DNA of 64,000 nucleotides from Octopus vulgaris (GCA_951406725.2 OX597815.1:151404001-151468000); one strand, 5' to 3'. Positions 25,541-39,008 are shown, counted from the first letter of the stretch. Numbers and translations are program-made. Notes: a model not told the origin generated them from the sequence alone.

Positions 25541-28255
25541 AGGTACAAGATTTTCTGGGCAGGGAACACTGACGGGGTCGGGGGCGTGGGTATACTTCTT
25601 GCGGAGAAATGGTTAGATAAGGTAATCGAGGTAGTCAGAGTAAGTGACAGAGTAATTAAAATTAGATTAGTGCTTCACCATAGGTCAGCTACCATCATCT
25701 CGGCATATGCCCCTCAACCAGGGCTACCGGAAGGACAAAAAGACCAATTCTATGACACCCTATTGCGGACTACCTCGTTGACAAATGACAGTGACCTTCT
25801 CTTCGTGGCAGGTGATTTCAATGGACATGTTGGACGGCATGTCGGGGGCTTCCATGGCGTTCATGGAGGCTATGGTTTTGGCTCTCGTAATGAGGAGGGA
25901 ACCAGGCTGCTGGAGTTCTGCGATGCAAATGACCTTATGGTCTGCAATACCAACTTCAGGAAACCCACCTCTCACCTAGTCACCTACCGTTCTGGCAGAC
26001 ACACTAGCCAGATTGACTACATTCTTGCCAGAAAAAGGGAAAGCGGGCTGCTTATAAATGCCAAAACCTTTCCAGGCGAAGAATGTACTCCTCAACATAG
26101 ATTAGTAGTTAGCGACTTCAGGATCAGAGCTAAATGGTTGCCCAGGAGAAGACCAGCTTGGAGGAGAAGGGTCTGGAAGCTTAAAGATCCTGCAAATGGA
26201 CAGAGATTTAGAGACATACTACTCGAAGCCTTTGACGAAATAGAAGGGGATATAGCTTCACCTAATGTGGAAGACAACTGGAGATTTCTACAGGACAATC
26301 TGCTGACAGCCACTGACCAGATCTGTGGATGGAGCAAAGTACCATCTCGACCCAGTGTAACATGGTGGTGGAACACTGTGGTTAACAGGGCTATTAGACA
26401 AAAGAGACAGGCTTAGAAGGACTGGAAGAACAGTGGTAGCAGGGAATTGTATCAGACAGCCAGAAGGGAAGCGGATAAGAAAAAATTTGCCAATGTACTG
26501 AGCCGTGAGGATGAAAGACTTGAGGTATTTCGTGTTGCAAGACAGTGTGTGAGAGAGAACCGTGATGTGGTAGGAGAGAAGTGTGTTCGCATGGATGATG
26601 GTTCACTTGCGCTAAATGAAGATGCAAAGAGAGAGGTTTGGAGATGCCACTATGAAAGGTTGCTGAATAAAGAAAATGAATGGGATAAAGAGAGTCTGCC
26701 GAATGTCAACCCAACAGAGGGACCAGCCATCCAAGTTGAAAATTCTTTGGTAGTTAAAGCAATTAGAAGCATGAAGACAGGGAAAGCCCCAGGCCCATCA
26801 GGAATTACTGCAGAGATGCTCAAAATATCTGGCAGTGTTGGCTATAACCTAGTCACCCGTATAGTCAACCAGGTGATACACGAAGGAGTCATACCCAATG
26901 ACTGGTGTAGCAGCATACTAGTCAACTGCTACAAAGGTAAAGATGATGCCCTAGATACAAATAATTACAGAGGTATCAAGCTGTTGGATCAGGTAATGAA
27001 GGTTACAGAGAGGGTCATAGCCCAACTAATTAGAGAGAGAGTTAGTTTAGATGAGATGCAGTTTGGGTTCGTGCCAGGGAAAAGTACCACTGATGCTATA
27101 TTCCTGGTAAGGCAGCTGCAGGAGAAATACCTAGCCAAAGATAAGCCCCTGTACCTGGCTTTCGTTGACATGTACACAGAAGAATTCAAAGTAGAGGTTG
27201 GGGTCCACCAGGGTTCAGTACTCAGCCCCCTCCTATTTATCATAGTCCTCCAAGCAATTACGGAGGAATTCAAGACAGGTTGCCCCTGGGAGCTCCTCTA
27301 CGCTGACGACCTTGCTCTAATTGCTGAGTCACTATCAGAACTGGAGGAGAAGTTCCAGGTGTGGAAGGAGGGTTTAGAATCGAGGGGCCTTAGAGTCAAC
27401 CTAGCTAAAACCAAAGTACTAATAAGTAGGAAGGTAGACAATCCACAAATGTCTTCAGGAAGATGGCCCTGCTCGATCTGTAGAAAAGGTGTAGGTAGAA
27501 ACTCTATAAGATGTACCCAGTGTAAGCTATGGACACATAAGAGGTGCAGCAATGTCAAAGGTAGGCTAACTGGGAAGATAGTTTTTGTATGTGGCAGATG
27601 CTCGGGAGCATTAACCTCCGAAAATCTGCAGAAAACAACTTCCGTCACTTTCCAGGGGGAAAAACTAGAAGTAGTTGATAGCTTCCGTTATCTAGGTGAC
27701 CAAGTCAGTAGTGGGGGTGGGTGCACTGAAAGTGTAACTGATAGAATAAGAATAGCCTGGGCAAAGTTTAGGGAGCTCTTACCTCTGCTGGTGACTAAAG
27801 GCCTCTCGCTCAGAGTAAAAGGCAGACTGTATGATGCATGTGTACGAACTGCCATGCTACATGGCAGTGAAACATGGGCCGTGACTGCTGAGGACATGCG
27901 TAAGCTCGTGAGGAATGAAGCCAGTATGCTCCGATGGATGTGTAATGTCAGTGTACATACTTGACAGAGCATTAGTACCTTGAGAGAAATGTTGTACCTA
28001 AGAAGCATCAGTTGTGGTGTGCAAGAGTGACGATTGCGCTGGTATGGTCATGTGGCGAGAATGGATGAAGATAGGTGTGTGAGAAAGTGCCAATCCCTAG
28101 CAGTTGAGGGAGCCCGTGGAAGAGGTAGACCCAGGAAAACCTGGGACGAGGTGGTGAAGCACGACCTTCGAACTTTAGGCCTCACTGAGGAAATGACCAG
28201 CGACTGAGACCTCTGGAAATATGCTGTACATGAGAAGACCAGGCAGGACAAGTGA
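25541..28255 (+). pseudogene. RTE ORF (endonuclease/reverse transcriptase), inactivated
   Basis: Single frame broken by TAG 26414-26416 and TGA at 27962, 28028 and 28205; in-frame deletion at 27172/27173. Confidence 0.9.
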
Positions 28256-28751
28256 GCCCAGCCCACTTATGAATGCCTTTCCTCCCTTGGACACAAAGAC
28301 CTGTTGAGGCAAGCTAAGTCGATATAGAACCTCATCCGACGACAGGCACCCATGCCAACCCCCTTTGCTTGCGAAGACATGTTGGGGCAAGCGAAATCGA
28401 AATCGAATTGAACCAGCCAGGATCCCTGGTCTGGTGGTACGTAAAAAGCACGATCAGACTTGTGGCCGATGCCAGCGCCGCCTCGACTGCCTTCCGTGCC
28501 AGTGGCACATAAAATACACCAATCCGAACTTGGCCGTTGCCAGCCTCGCCTGGCACCTGTGCAGGTGGCACGTAAAAAGCACCCACTACACTCACGGAGT
28601 GGTTGGCGTTAGGAAGGGCATCCAGCTGTAGAAACATTGCCAGATAAGACTGGAGCCTGGTGCAGCCTTCTGGCTTCCCAGATCCCCGGTCGAACCGTCC
28701 AACCCATGCTAGCATGGAGAACGGACGTTAAACGATGATGATGATGATGAT
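25541..28751 (+). mobile_element. 5'-truncated RTE-clade LINE (endonuclease-RT-PHD ORF, 3' UTR, (GAT)n tail)
   Basis: APE motifs SAYAPQ, AGDFNGH, SQIDYIL; RT motifs NYRGIKLL, QFGF, GVHQGSVLSPLLF, LLYADD, FRYLG; C-terminal LRWYGHV, GRGRPRKTW; UTR 28256-28751. Confidence 0.95.
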
Positions 28752-28806
28752 ACATACATACATATATATATACATGCAGTATGTGCACAGCTTACAGGTA
28801 TATATA

Positions 28807-29270
28807 TCTATTATATAAAATCCGTTCCGTCTGTCTGTGTGTGTGTCTTCAAGGATCTCGGCCATCCTCCATCCGATTGTGCTCAGATTTGATATGTAGA
28901 TACCAACGGTATCAGGGCATGTATAAGTCTTGAAAAAATTGCAAAAATAGATTCCAGGTGAGAATGTGATCGATAAAGCCGTGGGAACATGCATTTGTAT
29001 GCGCAAGTACATCAGCTGTTGCGATTGATACTATGCATACGCAAGAAAAATGCACGTGCAGTTTGTGCAACAAAAGCCAGCAGGCTTGAAATAATGCCAC
29101 AAAATGCAGTATACTTAAGAGACCAAAAAAGAAAGATGCAAAAGAGATATTTTCTTCAAACTTGGCATGAAGGAAGGAAAGACTATTTGGTTTCTCAAGA
29201 AGTTTCTTTTTTGCCTGAACTTTGTTTAACAAAACCAAAAATTTTATTGAAATAAAGGCATGCTTAATTA
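28807..29270 (+). mobile_element. Probable non-autonomous Helitron, 5' part
   Basis: A|TCTATTATATAAAA start followed by CCGTCTGTCTGTGTGTG; no CTAG end identified, right boundary uncertain. Confidence 0.45.
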
Positions 29271-29507
29271 TCTTTTAACGAAAAGAAAACACTGATTGCT
29301 TTTTATTTAGCAGATATGATTCAGCACCGTCCATTGGACTGGAGGGGGGGGCGTTTTGCTCATATGTATATATATACATATACATATATATATATTTAAA
29401 TGTATATATATACATGTATATATATATGTATATATATGTGCGTATATGTATATATATGTATGTATATGGATGTATGTATGTATGTAAGTGTATATATATA
29501 TACATAT

Positions 29508-29573
<66 letters not shown>

Positions 29574-29608
29574 ATGTATATATATGTGTGTATATATATG
29601 TGTGTGTA

Positions 29609-29659
<51 letters not shown>

Positions 29660-29664
29660 GCGAA

Positions 29665-29874
29665 ATTCCTTGTCTTGTAAGTTACTTGGTGACTCTGCTG
29701 GTGCTGATGCCAAATAAAAAACATTCAGTCCATGTTGTGAAGTGGTCGGCATTTGGAAGGGCATCCAGCTGTAAAAACCATGCCTAAACAGACATATTAG
29801 CTAGGTGTAGTCTTGTACCTGGTTGGCTCCCTTCAAACCGTCAAACCTATGCCAGCATGGATGACAGAGATTAA

Positions 29875-29912
<38 letters not shown>
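29665..29912 (+). mobile_element. Old RTE 3'-UTR copy
   Basis: GGAAGGGCATCCAGCTGTAAAAACC...(GAT)n. Confidence 0.75.
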
Positions 29913-29913
<1 letters not shown>

Positions 29914-32028
29914 TAGAAGCACTGAGAAAGAAATAAAATAGCACAGCTGAACACTTTGATGACATAAAATTATCAGATACAGAGTGGAGAGAATTTAAAA
30001 GAAATTTAAAATACATCCTAAGTATTTAGCTCTTCCATTGGTCAGTTCAGGTTCTGCAGCTGTAATTACCATCACAGTGACATCAGTTGTATTATAAGAT
30101 ACATATATTGCAGACATGGTGCTGGTATTCTGCAGGGTTATATTTTCAGCAACACCACTTCTTTACATTGGATATGAAACATGGTAGAGTAGGCAAGATG
30201 TTGACATTAATTAATAAATGAATCATTCTTCTGTAATGTGTGGTACTTTAGTGACAACAGCTATCACACACTGTTGACTGATTTGATAACATCAGATTAT
30301 AGATAAGTTCATGTGACGTGGCAGAAGTAGGATGTGACCTCCATGAGCAGAATGAATAGAAAGCACTGCTGTTGTGTGTGGACCAGCAAGACATAGAGTG
30401 ATACATACAGGTTATTAGTGGTCAAAGGTTCTATTTGCAATTTTTCATAGAGGTAGAATTAGCAACAATAAGCTCAAAGTGAATAACGAGGGTCCTGTCA
30501 AGGATGTCTCATGTGATGCTGGGGAAATTGTTGGAATGGTCTCAGAGTCTCCAGATCAAGAATAAGAAGGAAGAGATAGCTTCCTTGACCTTGAACCTGG
30601 AGGCATGCACGTAAAGGCTTTATCTTTGTTTAAAGTCATTGGCTGCTAAACTTTTATAGCATCTTGAGAAGGCATCAGCTAGTATGGGAGTGGCTCTATA
30701 GACCACATCCTCTGAGAGGCAGGTTGATCTTTCAATGTGCCATTGATAGGAATTTTGGAGTCTAGCTGGAAAACAGGGTGTGAGTTAGCATCTGTTGCTG
30801 CATACAATGCTGGAAGAGAGATCACCCAAGCATGAGTAATTAATCTTGATGTTATTGGAATTTAAAAGTTTATTATTTAGATGTCAGTGGGTTCTGAGAA
30901 ATGCCAACTTTTTAACTAGTGTCATGTCAAGTAATTCCTAACTATATTAATGGGAACCTTCAGATTAAATGGAAGAGTAAACCAGATTAATATTTTTTCT
31001 TTTTCGCTCTTTTCAGGTTTTAGGATTGGTGTGTAATCCTTCATAAACATTAACTTACTAGTAAATCCACTCCTTGCCAGTGCCTAACGAGGAGTGTGGT
31101 GAGGCCTTGTTAATGATCTTTGTTGATAGATTTGAAATTTTCTTCAGCTGATATCTGTGACTAGGTTTCTAATTGCACCTTGGGGAGGTTGGAGTCATCA
31201 TCATTATCATCATCATCAGCAGCAGCAGCAATGGCAGTGTTGTTATCATCAACTAATGTCCATTTTCGCGGCATAAGCTGGATAGTTTGACAGGATCTGA
31301 CAAGCTGCAAAGCTGTATTGGATTCTATCATCAGCTTCAGTAGGAGCTGGATGCTCTTCCAAATGCCAGCCACTTTACAATGTGTATTGGGTGGTTTTTA
31401 CGATGCTGGTACTAATGAGATCCCCAAGCAACTTGCAAGACAAAGAAAAGAAAAAGAAGTTTAAAAAAAACCCTTCTGCTGAGTGACAGTATATTTGAGA
31501 GAGGAAGAGGTGTCTTTCTGCCAGCTGTAGGAGGTTAAGTAAGGTATGAAAGAGGAACAAGCACAGGTGTCTTGCAATAGCTAGTTTCACTTTTGGGCTT
31601 CTTCCTGTGGAGATATTATCTGCCTGTCTTGAGTTATTGCATTAAATCTAGAAAGTCAACATTTGTTAACTCATTCATGCAGATCGTCTGTTTAAACTGA
31701 CACTTAATTTATAAGGGTATAAAACAAATACTTGATACAAATTGTCATTTGTGTATGATCTGTATCAAAGAATGAAACCTGTTCTTAACGTATATGCAGT
31801 CTGTATCAAATGGATTTGAAAGAGATTTATTTTCCAGTTGTTATTTAGGTCAAAATAATAGTATCTGTGAATTTTCAGGCAATTTCATTCACGAGAGAAA
31901 TTTCGGCACAAATGGATTAAGTTAGTGGCAACATTTATGGTTTAACCTTTTAGTATTCAAATTATTGTTTCAAACATAATGCTTATGTATTCACATCATT
32001 TTAAATTAATCAGGCATTCTACACTATT

Positions 32029-32297
32029 TACATTATTTACATTTGACGGATATTTGTCCTCATCTTGTTTGTTGTTAACACAACGTTTCGGCTGATATAC
32101 CCTCCAGTCTTGGGGAAATTTCGAACCTAGGTTCTCATTCCTAAAGTATAATAACATTGAAAAATACCTTAGGAATGAGAACCTAGGTTCGAAATTTCCT
32201 CAAGACACCTGATGAAGGCTGGAGGGTATATTACCCGATACGTTGTATTAACAACAAACAAGATGAGGACAAATATCTATGAAATGTAAATAATGTA
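32029..32297. mobile_element. Penelope-like fold-back element (same family as 46877-47270)
   Basis: ~120-135-bp inverted arms; CAC-CTGATGA-AGGCTG...GAtAC-GTT in the right arm; CTGATGA deleted from the left arm. Confidence 0.8.
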
Positions 32298-32353
32298 TAT
32301 AATTCCTCATCTCTTAAATATAGAACTGTAATCATGCATTATTTCATAGCTGG

Positions 32354-32798
32354 AAGGCAGAGAGCTGGTAGAAACGTTAGCATGTCAGGTGAAATGCTTA
32401 GCAGTATTTTGTGTGTATTTAAGTTCTGAGTTCAAATTCTGCCAAGGTTGACTTTGCCATTCATCCTTTCGGGGTTGATAAATTAGGTACCAGTTGTGTA
32501 CTGGGGTTGATCTAATCAACAGGACCCCTCCCCCAAAATTTTGGACCTTGTACCTAAAGCAGCAAAGAATATCTATTAATAAATAAGGTGGTGAGCTGGC
32601 AGAAACATTAACACACTGGGCAAAATGCTTAGCAGTATCTCGTCTGTCGTTACATTCTGAGTTCGAATTCCACTGAGGTCGACTTTGCTTTTCATCCTTT
32701 CGGGGGCAATAAATTAAGTATCATTTGCATACTGGGGTCGATCTAATCGACTGGCCCACTCCCCAAAAGTTTTGGGCCTTGTACCAAGAGTGAAAAAG
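32354..32798 (+). mobile_element. SINE family B dimer with 16-bp target-site duplication
   Basis: ATTATTTCATAGCTGG at 32338-32353 and 32799-32814. Confidence 0.88.
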
Positions 32799-33059
32799 AT
32801 TATTTCATAGCTGGGAGATTTTGACGATGTGACTGCTTATTTTTAAAATGACTCTGTAGGATAGGTGTGAAAGGCCAGATATGACTGGTCTGAAGATAAA
32901 ACAAGTAGAATATTTTGGTCAGATATGACCTGTTTAAATGCTAATTGGTTAACTGAGTTTTTTGAAGATATTTATAAAATTCATACTGAATTTATTCATG
33001 GATGGTCATTCATATGGCTTGAGATTATCATCCCTCTAAGGGCTGAACTGTGGAGTTTA

Positions 33060-33458
33060 TCTTTTATCTTTTACTCTTTTCAGTCATTAGACTGAGGCCG
33101 TGCTGGGGCACCACCTTAAAGAATTTTAGTCAAATGAATTGATCTCAGTACTTATTTTATGCCTGGTACTTATTCTATTAATCTCTTTAGCTGAAACACT
33201 AAGTTATGAGGATATAAACACACCAACACCAGTTGTCAAACAGTGATAGGGCACAAACACAGACTCAAAGACACAAACACATACACATGTATATACAATG
33301 GGTTTCTTTCACGTTCTGTTTACCAAATCCACTCAAAAGGCTTTGGTCGACATGAAACTGTAGTAGAAGACACTTGCCCAAGGTGGCACATAGTGGGACT
33401 GAACCTGGAACCATGTGGTTGTGAAGCAAACTTCTTACCACACAGCCACGCCTGCACC
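33060..33458 (-). mobile_element. SINE family A
   Basis: Family A similarity. Confidence 0.85.
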
Positions 33459-34039
33459 TTTGTGTAGGATTTTTAGGGTATGCAGGATAAATAACCCAAG
33501 AAGGTCAGTGCCTTAGCCTCATCATAGCTTCCTAGGGATACAGTGGGTTGCCTTCTTTTTACCAATGAGAATCAGCAAGGAACAAGAGAGACATTTTAGC
33601 ATTCATATTGGTTTTAATATTGAGGTTGCTAATTCTATTGGAGTGTTTAGGATAGTCTGAGGCTATGGAGATGTGCAGGGATTTTGATAATAAGGGATAC
33701 GGAGCCATGATATTAAAATAGGTGAACTCACAGGATGCTACCTTCTCAATGCTACAGAATGAACTGATTAATTGATTATGGAGATGCTGCAATCCCATTG
33801 GGTCAACCCTGCCAACACACACACACACACACACACGTGTGTGTGTGCTCACACTCACACAGATACTCAGGGATACATACATACACATTTCACAGAGATA
33901 GTATGAAAGTATGGCAATAACAATGAATGAAACTAAGCTATCAGTAGGTCGTTTATAACTTTAAATCGTTTTCACAGGTGTTGTTAATAATGATTATTCA
34001 ATATGTTATCTGTTGCTCATCACATTTTCGTGTTCTTTT

Positions 34040-34445
34040 ATTAGTTTCAGCTCAAAAGCTGTGCCTATGCTGGGGCACTGCTGTTAGCTTTGCTACACTT
34101 TCTCTTCTTGAAACCTCCTTGAATATGTGATATTTGGGGAATGAGGGAGTTTGATGTTGTGGCACTCATCTCTGTTTTGTGCTGCGAGATTGGGTTCATC
34201 CAGAGCTGTTGACAGCTGTTGGAGGAAGTCCAGTTCTGTTTTGAAGACACCTGCATCCACCCCACATTGGTCTTTCAGGTTTTTTGGGGAGAATATTGAA
34301 GAGCTGTGGGCCTTTGAAACACAAGCTATTGAAGTATCTGGTCCTGCATCCTGATGGAAATAGTGGGGTCTTGGGTACTATGCAGTGGTACCTCATTCTG
34401 CTGTTTGTGTACCTTTCAATGCCAATGTTTGGTACAAGTCGTAAT
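34040..34445 (-). mobile_element. CR1/L2-group LINE 3' fragment
   Basis: Minus frames LVPNIGI, NSLCFKGPQLFNILP, VFKTELD, typical of the CR1-group ORF2 C-terminus. Confidence 0.65.
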
Positions 34446-35647
34446 CATCTATGACCAGTCTTATGGACAGGATCAAATTCAATAAAACATTTTCATTGAT
34501 CCTTGGGCTTATTTCTACTATTCAGTCCATATATATATATATTAAGAAAACTTTGCAATACTTGTATTTTATGTAAATATCTAAGTTGTGCATGAATGCA
34601 TGAATGCAGACATGATATACACATACATACCAACATATGGTTTTATAAAAGAAGAAAAATTACTTGCCACAATTCCATGTAGAGACTGGCAATAATTTGC
34701 TTTTAAATATGTATGAATGCATGTGTGTGTGTATATGTATATAAATATAGTTCTCTTTGTTTTTTTTCTCTGCATGTATGTATATTTTCACTTTAATATT
34801 GTAACTTTTTTCAAACATAGTCCTGCCTGTCACTTTTTAGCCTCGTGTAAAATATATATACATATATTTTTTCGTTTTTCAATATTAATATGTATATGTA
34901 TAATTCTCTATGATTTTTTCTACTAGTCCACCTGTTACATTATATTTTACTATACACACGTGGCCCTGTTTATTATACTTTGACTCGACCTGTTACCATT
35001 TCTATATACATACCCGTTAGCTTTTCAATCTTATTCTTATGTTGTAGTTTACTGCCCATATTGACATGCATACACATTTATATGTCTGTCTTTTGTTTTT
35101 CCCTTTCGCCTCTCACTATTATTATTACTGTTATATTTTCCCCTTTTACAACTTGCTTGCAAATATCTGACTTTTTTTTCCCTATTACCCCACTTCTATC
35201 CTCCCTTATTGTATCTTATTTTAATTTATATTATTTTATTGAACCTTCTTTGATGACCTTACAAAAATTCTACACACTGATGAAAATGACAATGCATGAA
35301 TTTAATTATAATTACTATGGTTGTAATATATTTCTTACGTATTTGTATTGTCCTTTGAAATGTGTATATGTATTGAATCCTATTTTGTATTAAATCTAAT
35401 TTTGATTCAAAGTCTTTTTCTCCTCCATTTTTCTATAATTGTTTATGGTATTTTTATACCTATAATGATATTTTTCAACTACTATTTTCATATTCTTATT
35501 ACTTGCTCTGGCTGTTTTTTATGAATATGATGAATCCTTATTAGAAATCATTCTTTCTCTCTTTTTAGACCTCTCAAAAAGTTTGTATTGTTCTCTTTTG
35601 AACTTATTTTCCCCCTATATATATATGTATATATATGTATGTATATA

Positions 35648-35703
<56 letters not shown>

Positions 35704-35717
35704 CACACACGCACACG

Positions 35718-36027
35718 CACTCACACATACACACACATCTGTTGCGTTACCAACCTTGTCTCCACTCTTTTGCCTTTAAAAACCCACTTTGCTCTTGTTA
35801 TCGTAAACATCCGCCTTTCACCATGTGCTACTCCTAACACCAGCCGTTTTTCTCTATCTCCGTTGCCCGCTCCGGGATCTTTCTTTCCTCTCTCTTCCTT
35901 CTTTATGTTTCCGACGAAGAGCTCCGCTCGAAACGTCATACCTCCCTGCTTCCATTTCCTGAGCGCCTATTAATAATAATACTGTAATTGTTCCATTGTT
36001 GTTGTTTTTTTGTTTCCCGTTTGGATT

Positions 36028-36030
<3 letters not shown>
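35718..36030 (+). mobile_element. Penelope-like pseudo-LTR fragment with variant hammerhead
   Basis: 35907-35941: GTTT-CCGACGA-A-GAGC-tcc-GCTC-GAAAC-GTC-ATAC; pyrimidine-rich leader, flanked by microsatellites. Confidence 0.6.
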
Positions 36031-36083
<53 letters not shown>

Positions 36084-36409
36084 CTGTTGTATCTAATCTG
36101 GGGAGAGTCATTCTCTTTTTCTGCCTTATAATTTAACACACTTACCAGTAAAATTTCCACTTATTCCTTATTTTTATTTTTCTAAAATTTTCATTGCGTC
36201 TTGCAACATTTTCAATAGTCTTCTATTTAAAAGGTTGCCAGACACAACGGAAATTTTAGGAAAATGAAAATAAGAAATAAGTGGAAATTTTACCAGTGAG
36301 TGTATTAAATTATAAGGTGCAAAAAGAAAATGACTCTCACCAGACACAACAGAATGATTCAACATACGAACTCACATAAAGAATCTTGCAAACCAAATCT
36401 AAAAACGAA

Positions 36410-36410
<1 letters not shown>
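36084..36410. repeat. Fold-back element with ~130-bp arms
   Basis: 36084-36218 inverted to 36223-36352; single-arm copy at 22073-22203. Confidence 0.85.
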
Positions 36411-36444
<34 letters not shown>

Positions 36445-36601
36445 TACATATAGTTAAGTTATATTTGAGTAAAAGCCTTGTATAGTGCTATGTAAAACTT
36501 GCTTTAGCTACCTTATGTTAGCATACAGTAGAAATGAACATGCTACTGGATATACTTCAGGAATATATATAATAATATCTACAGACTCTCTCTCTCTCTC
36601 A

Positions 36602-36644
<43 letters not shown>

Positions 36645-36646
<2 letters not shown>

Positions 36647-36848
36647 TTTGTGTGTCTGTGTTAGTCCCCCCAACATTGCTTGACAGCCGATGCTGGTGTA
36701 TTTACGTCCCCATAACTTAGCGGTTCGGCAAAAGAGACCCATAGAATAAGTACTAGGCTTACAAAGAATAAGTCCTGGGTTTGATTTCCTGGACTAAAGG
36801 CAGTGCTCCAGCATGGCTGCAATCAAATGACTGAAACAATTAAAAGAG
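36645..36848 (+). mobile_element. SINE family A, 3' half
   Basis: Family A similarity. Confidence 0.85.
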
Positions 36849-37689
36849 GAGAGGTACCTGTATTTATTGAAATTTTCAAGATTTGTATTTGGGATTTATA
36901 TTATGAATATAATGAAACTGTTTTATTGTTAGCTTTTACTAACCTACAAACAAATATTTTATTTTAAAAATTTACATGTGCATATATGGGGTCCACAGAT
37001 AATAAAATAGCTCTCAGGGGGTCCACAAGTAAAATAAGTTTGGGAACCCCTAGTGTAAATGGATGCTGACTTTAGGGGAAGGGTCTTTGTGAATATTAAG
37101 CTGGGACCACTTTACTGTGCCCACAGTCAATCTGTATTTGGGCTCACTCATGTGAAAACATTTATATAGAAAAGAGTTTAGAAGAGATGGAATAGTTAAG
37201 GGTAAGGAAAAAAGAAAGGGAAGAGGTTAAAACATAGGAATGGGAGTTGGGTGAGGAAAGAAGAGGAGGGGAAGAAAAAGGGAGTTGAAGGTTGTATTCT
37301 TAAGGGGAACACAGGTCTAGTTAAAGTTGCTGGTCTACTACTTCATCATAAATATACACACAGATACCCGTATGTGTACACATACACTCACAGCATAGTA
37401 TCAACTTAGGTATACACACATGCGTATTTGCATGCATATTTCCATCTGCAAAATAGAAGATATGAAGAGATCACAAACTTTGTGATCTCTTTCTATCTTT
37501 TTATTTTTGCATATAGAAATATTGATGATGATGATGATGACGACGACGATGATCTGTTGTGGCTAAGCAATCAGATTTAATGTTTTATCAAAGAAAACCA
37601 GTCAGCTTTTGCTAATTGAATAACTAATCGAAAGCTGCATATTTTTAATCTGTAAACATAGCTTATGGATTTACATAATTTACATCATT

Positions 37690-38775
37690 ATCATCATCAT
37701 CATCATCATAATGATCATCATTGTTTAACGGTTGCTTTCCATGCTGGCATGGGTTGGACAGTTTGACAGAGGACTGGCAAACCGAGAGGTTGCACAAGGT
37801 TCCAATCTGGTTTGGCAAGGTTTCTACAGCTGGATGTCTTTCGTAATGTCAACCATTGTGAGAGTGTAGTGGGTGCCTTTTTATGTGCCACTGGCAAAGG
37901 AGCCAGTCGGGCAGCACTGGCATCAACCATGCTCGATTGGTGGACCCCTACCTCTACCCGGAATTCTTCCCTGTACTTGTTGCCAACCCTCATCTTACTG
38001 ATGGCATCCCTATACATGGCTCGAACGGCTCTCACTAACCACTCATCTATCCCTAGTTTCCTCATTGACCACTGGATAAGGGAACAGGGGACCCTGTCAA
38101 AGGCTTTCTCCATGTCAATGAAAGCCAGGTACAGAGGTTTATCTTTGGCTAGGTATTTCTCCTGCAGCTGTCTTACCAGAAATATAGCATCACTGGTGCT
38201 TTTCTCTGGCATGAACCCAAACTGCATCTCATCTAAACTGATTCTCTCTCTAATTAGTTGAGCCATGACCTTCTCCGTGACCTTCATTACTTGATCCAAC
38301 AACTTGATACCTCTGTAATTATTTGTATCTAAAGTGTCACCTTTACCTTTGTAGCAGTTGACTATGATGCTGCTACACCAGTCATTGGGTATGACTTCTT
38401 CGTGTATCACCTGGTTAACTATACGGGTGACTAGGCTATAGCCAACACTGCCAGATATTTTGAGCATCTCTGCAGTGATTCCTGATGGGCCAGGGGCTTT
38501 CCCTGCCTTTATACTCTTGATTGCTTTATCTACCAAGGTACTGTCAATTCAGATAGCTGGTCCCTCTGTTAGGTCGACATTTGGCAGACTCTCTTTCTCC
38601 CATTCATTCTCTTTATTGAGCAACCTTTCATAGTGGCATCTCCAAACCTCTCTCTTTGCAGCCTCGTTTAGTGCAAGTGAACCATCATCCATATGGACAC
38701 ATTTCTCTCCTATGACATCACAATTCTTTCTCACACACTGTCTTGCAACACAAAATACTTCAAGTCTTTGGTCCC
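37690..38775 (-). mobile_element. Second RTE copy: RT N-terminal half fused directly to the 3' UTR
   Basis: ORF 37718-38536 nearly identical to the first copy up to VGVHQ, then UTR and (GAT)n. Confidence 0.92.
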
Positions 38776-38880
38776 ATCAAATATATATTATATATATTTT
38801 ACATATAAATATGTTTTATATAAATATATATGTATTTATCTATACATGCATTTGGTGATGTATGTCACATATATATGACT

Positions 38881-38967
<87 letters not shown>

Positions 38968-38974
38968 ATGTATG

Positions 38975-39008
<34 letters not shown>

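Larger units (their letters stand above)
31942..32952. mobile_element. piggyBac-like MITE interrupted by two later insertions
   Basis: TTAACCTTTTAGTATTCAAA ... TTTAAATGCTAATTGGTTAA termini with TTAA ends. Confidence 0.55.

Noticed and set aside
26447-27964. Intact active reverse transcriptase gene
   Set aside because: Lacks the KAFD segment, is bounded by premature stops, and the element is 5'-truncated
35270-35310. CTGATGA hammerhead candidate
   Set aside because: No GAAA/stem III or stem I pairing identifiable
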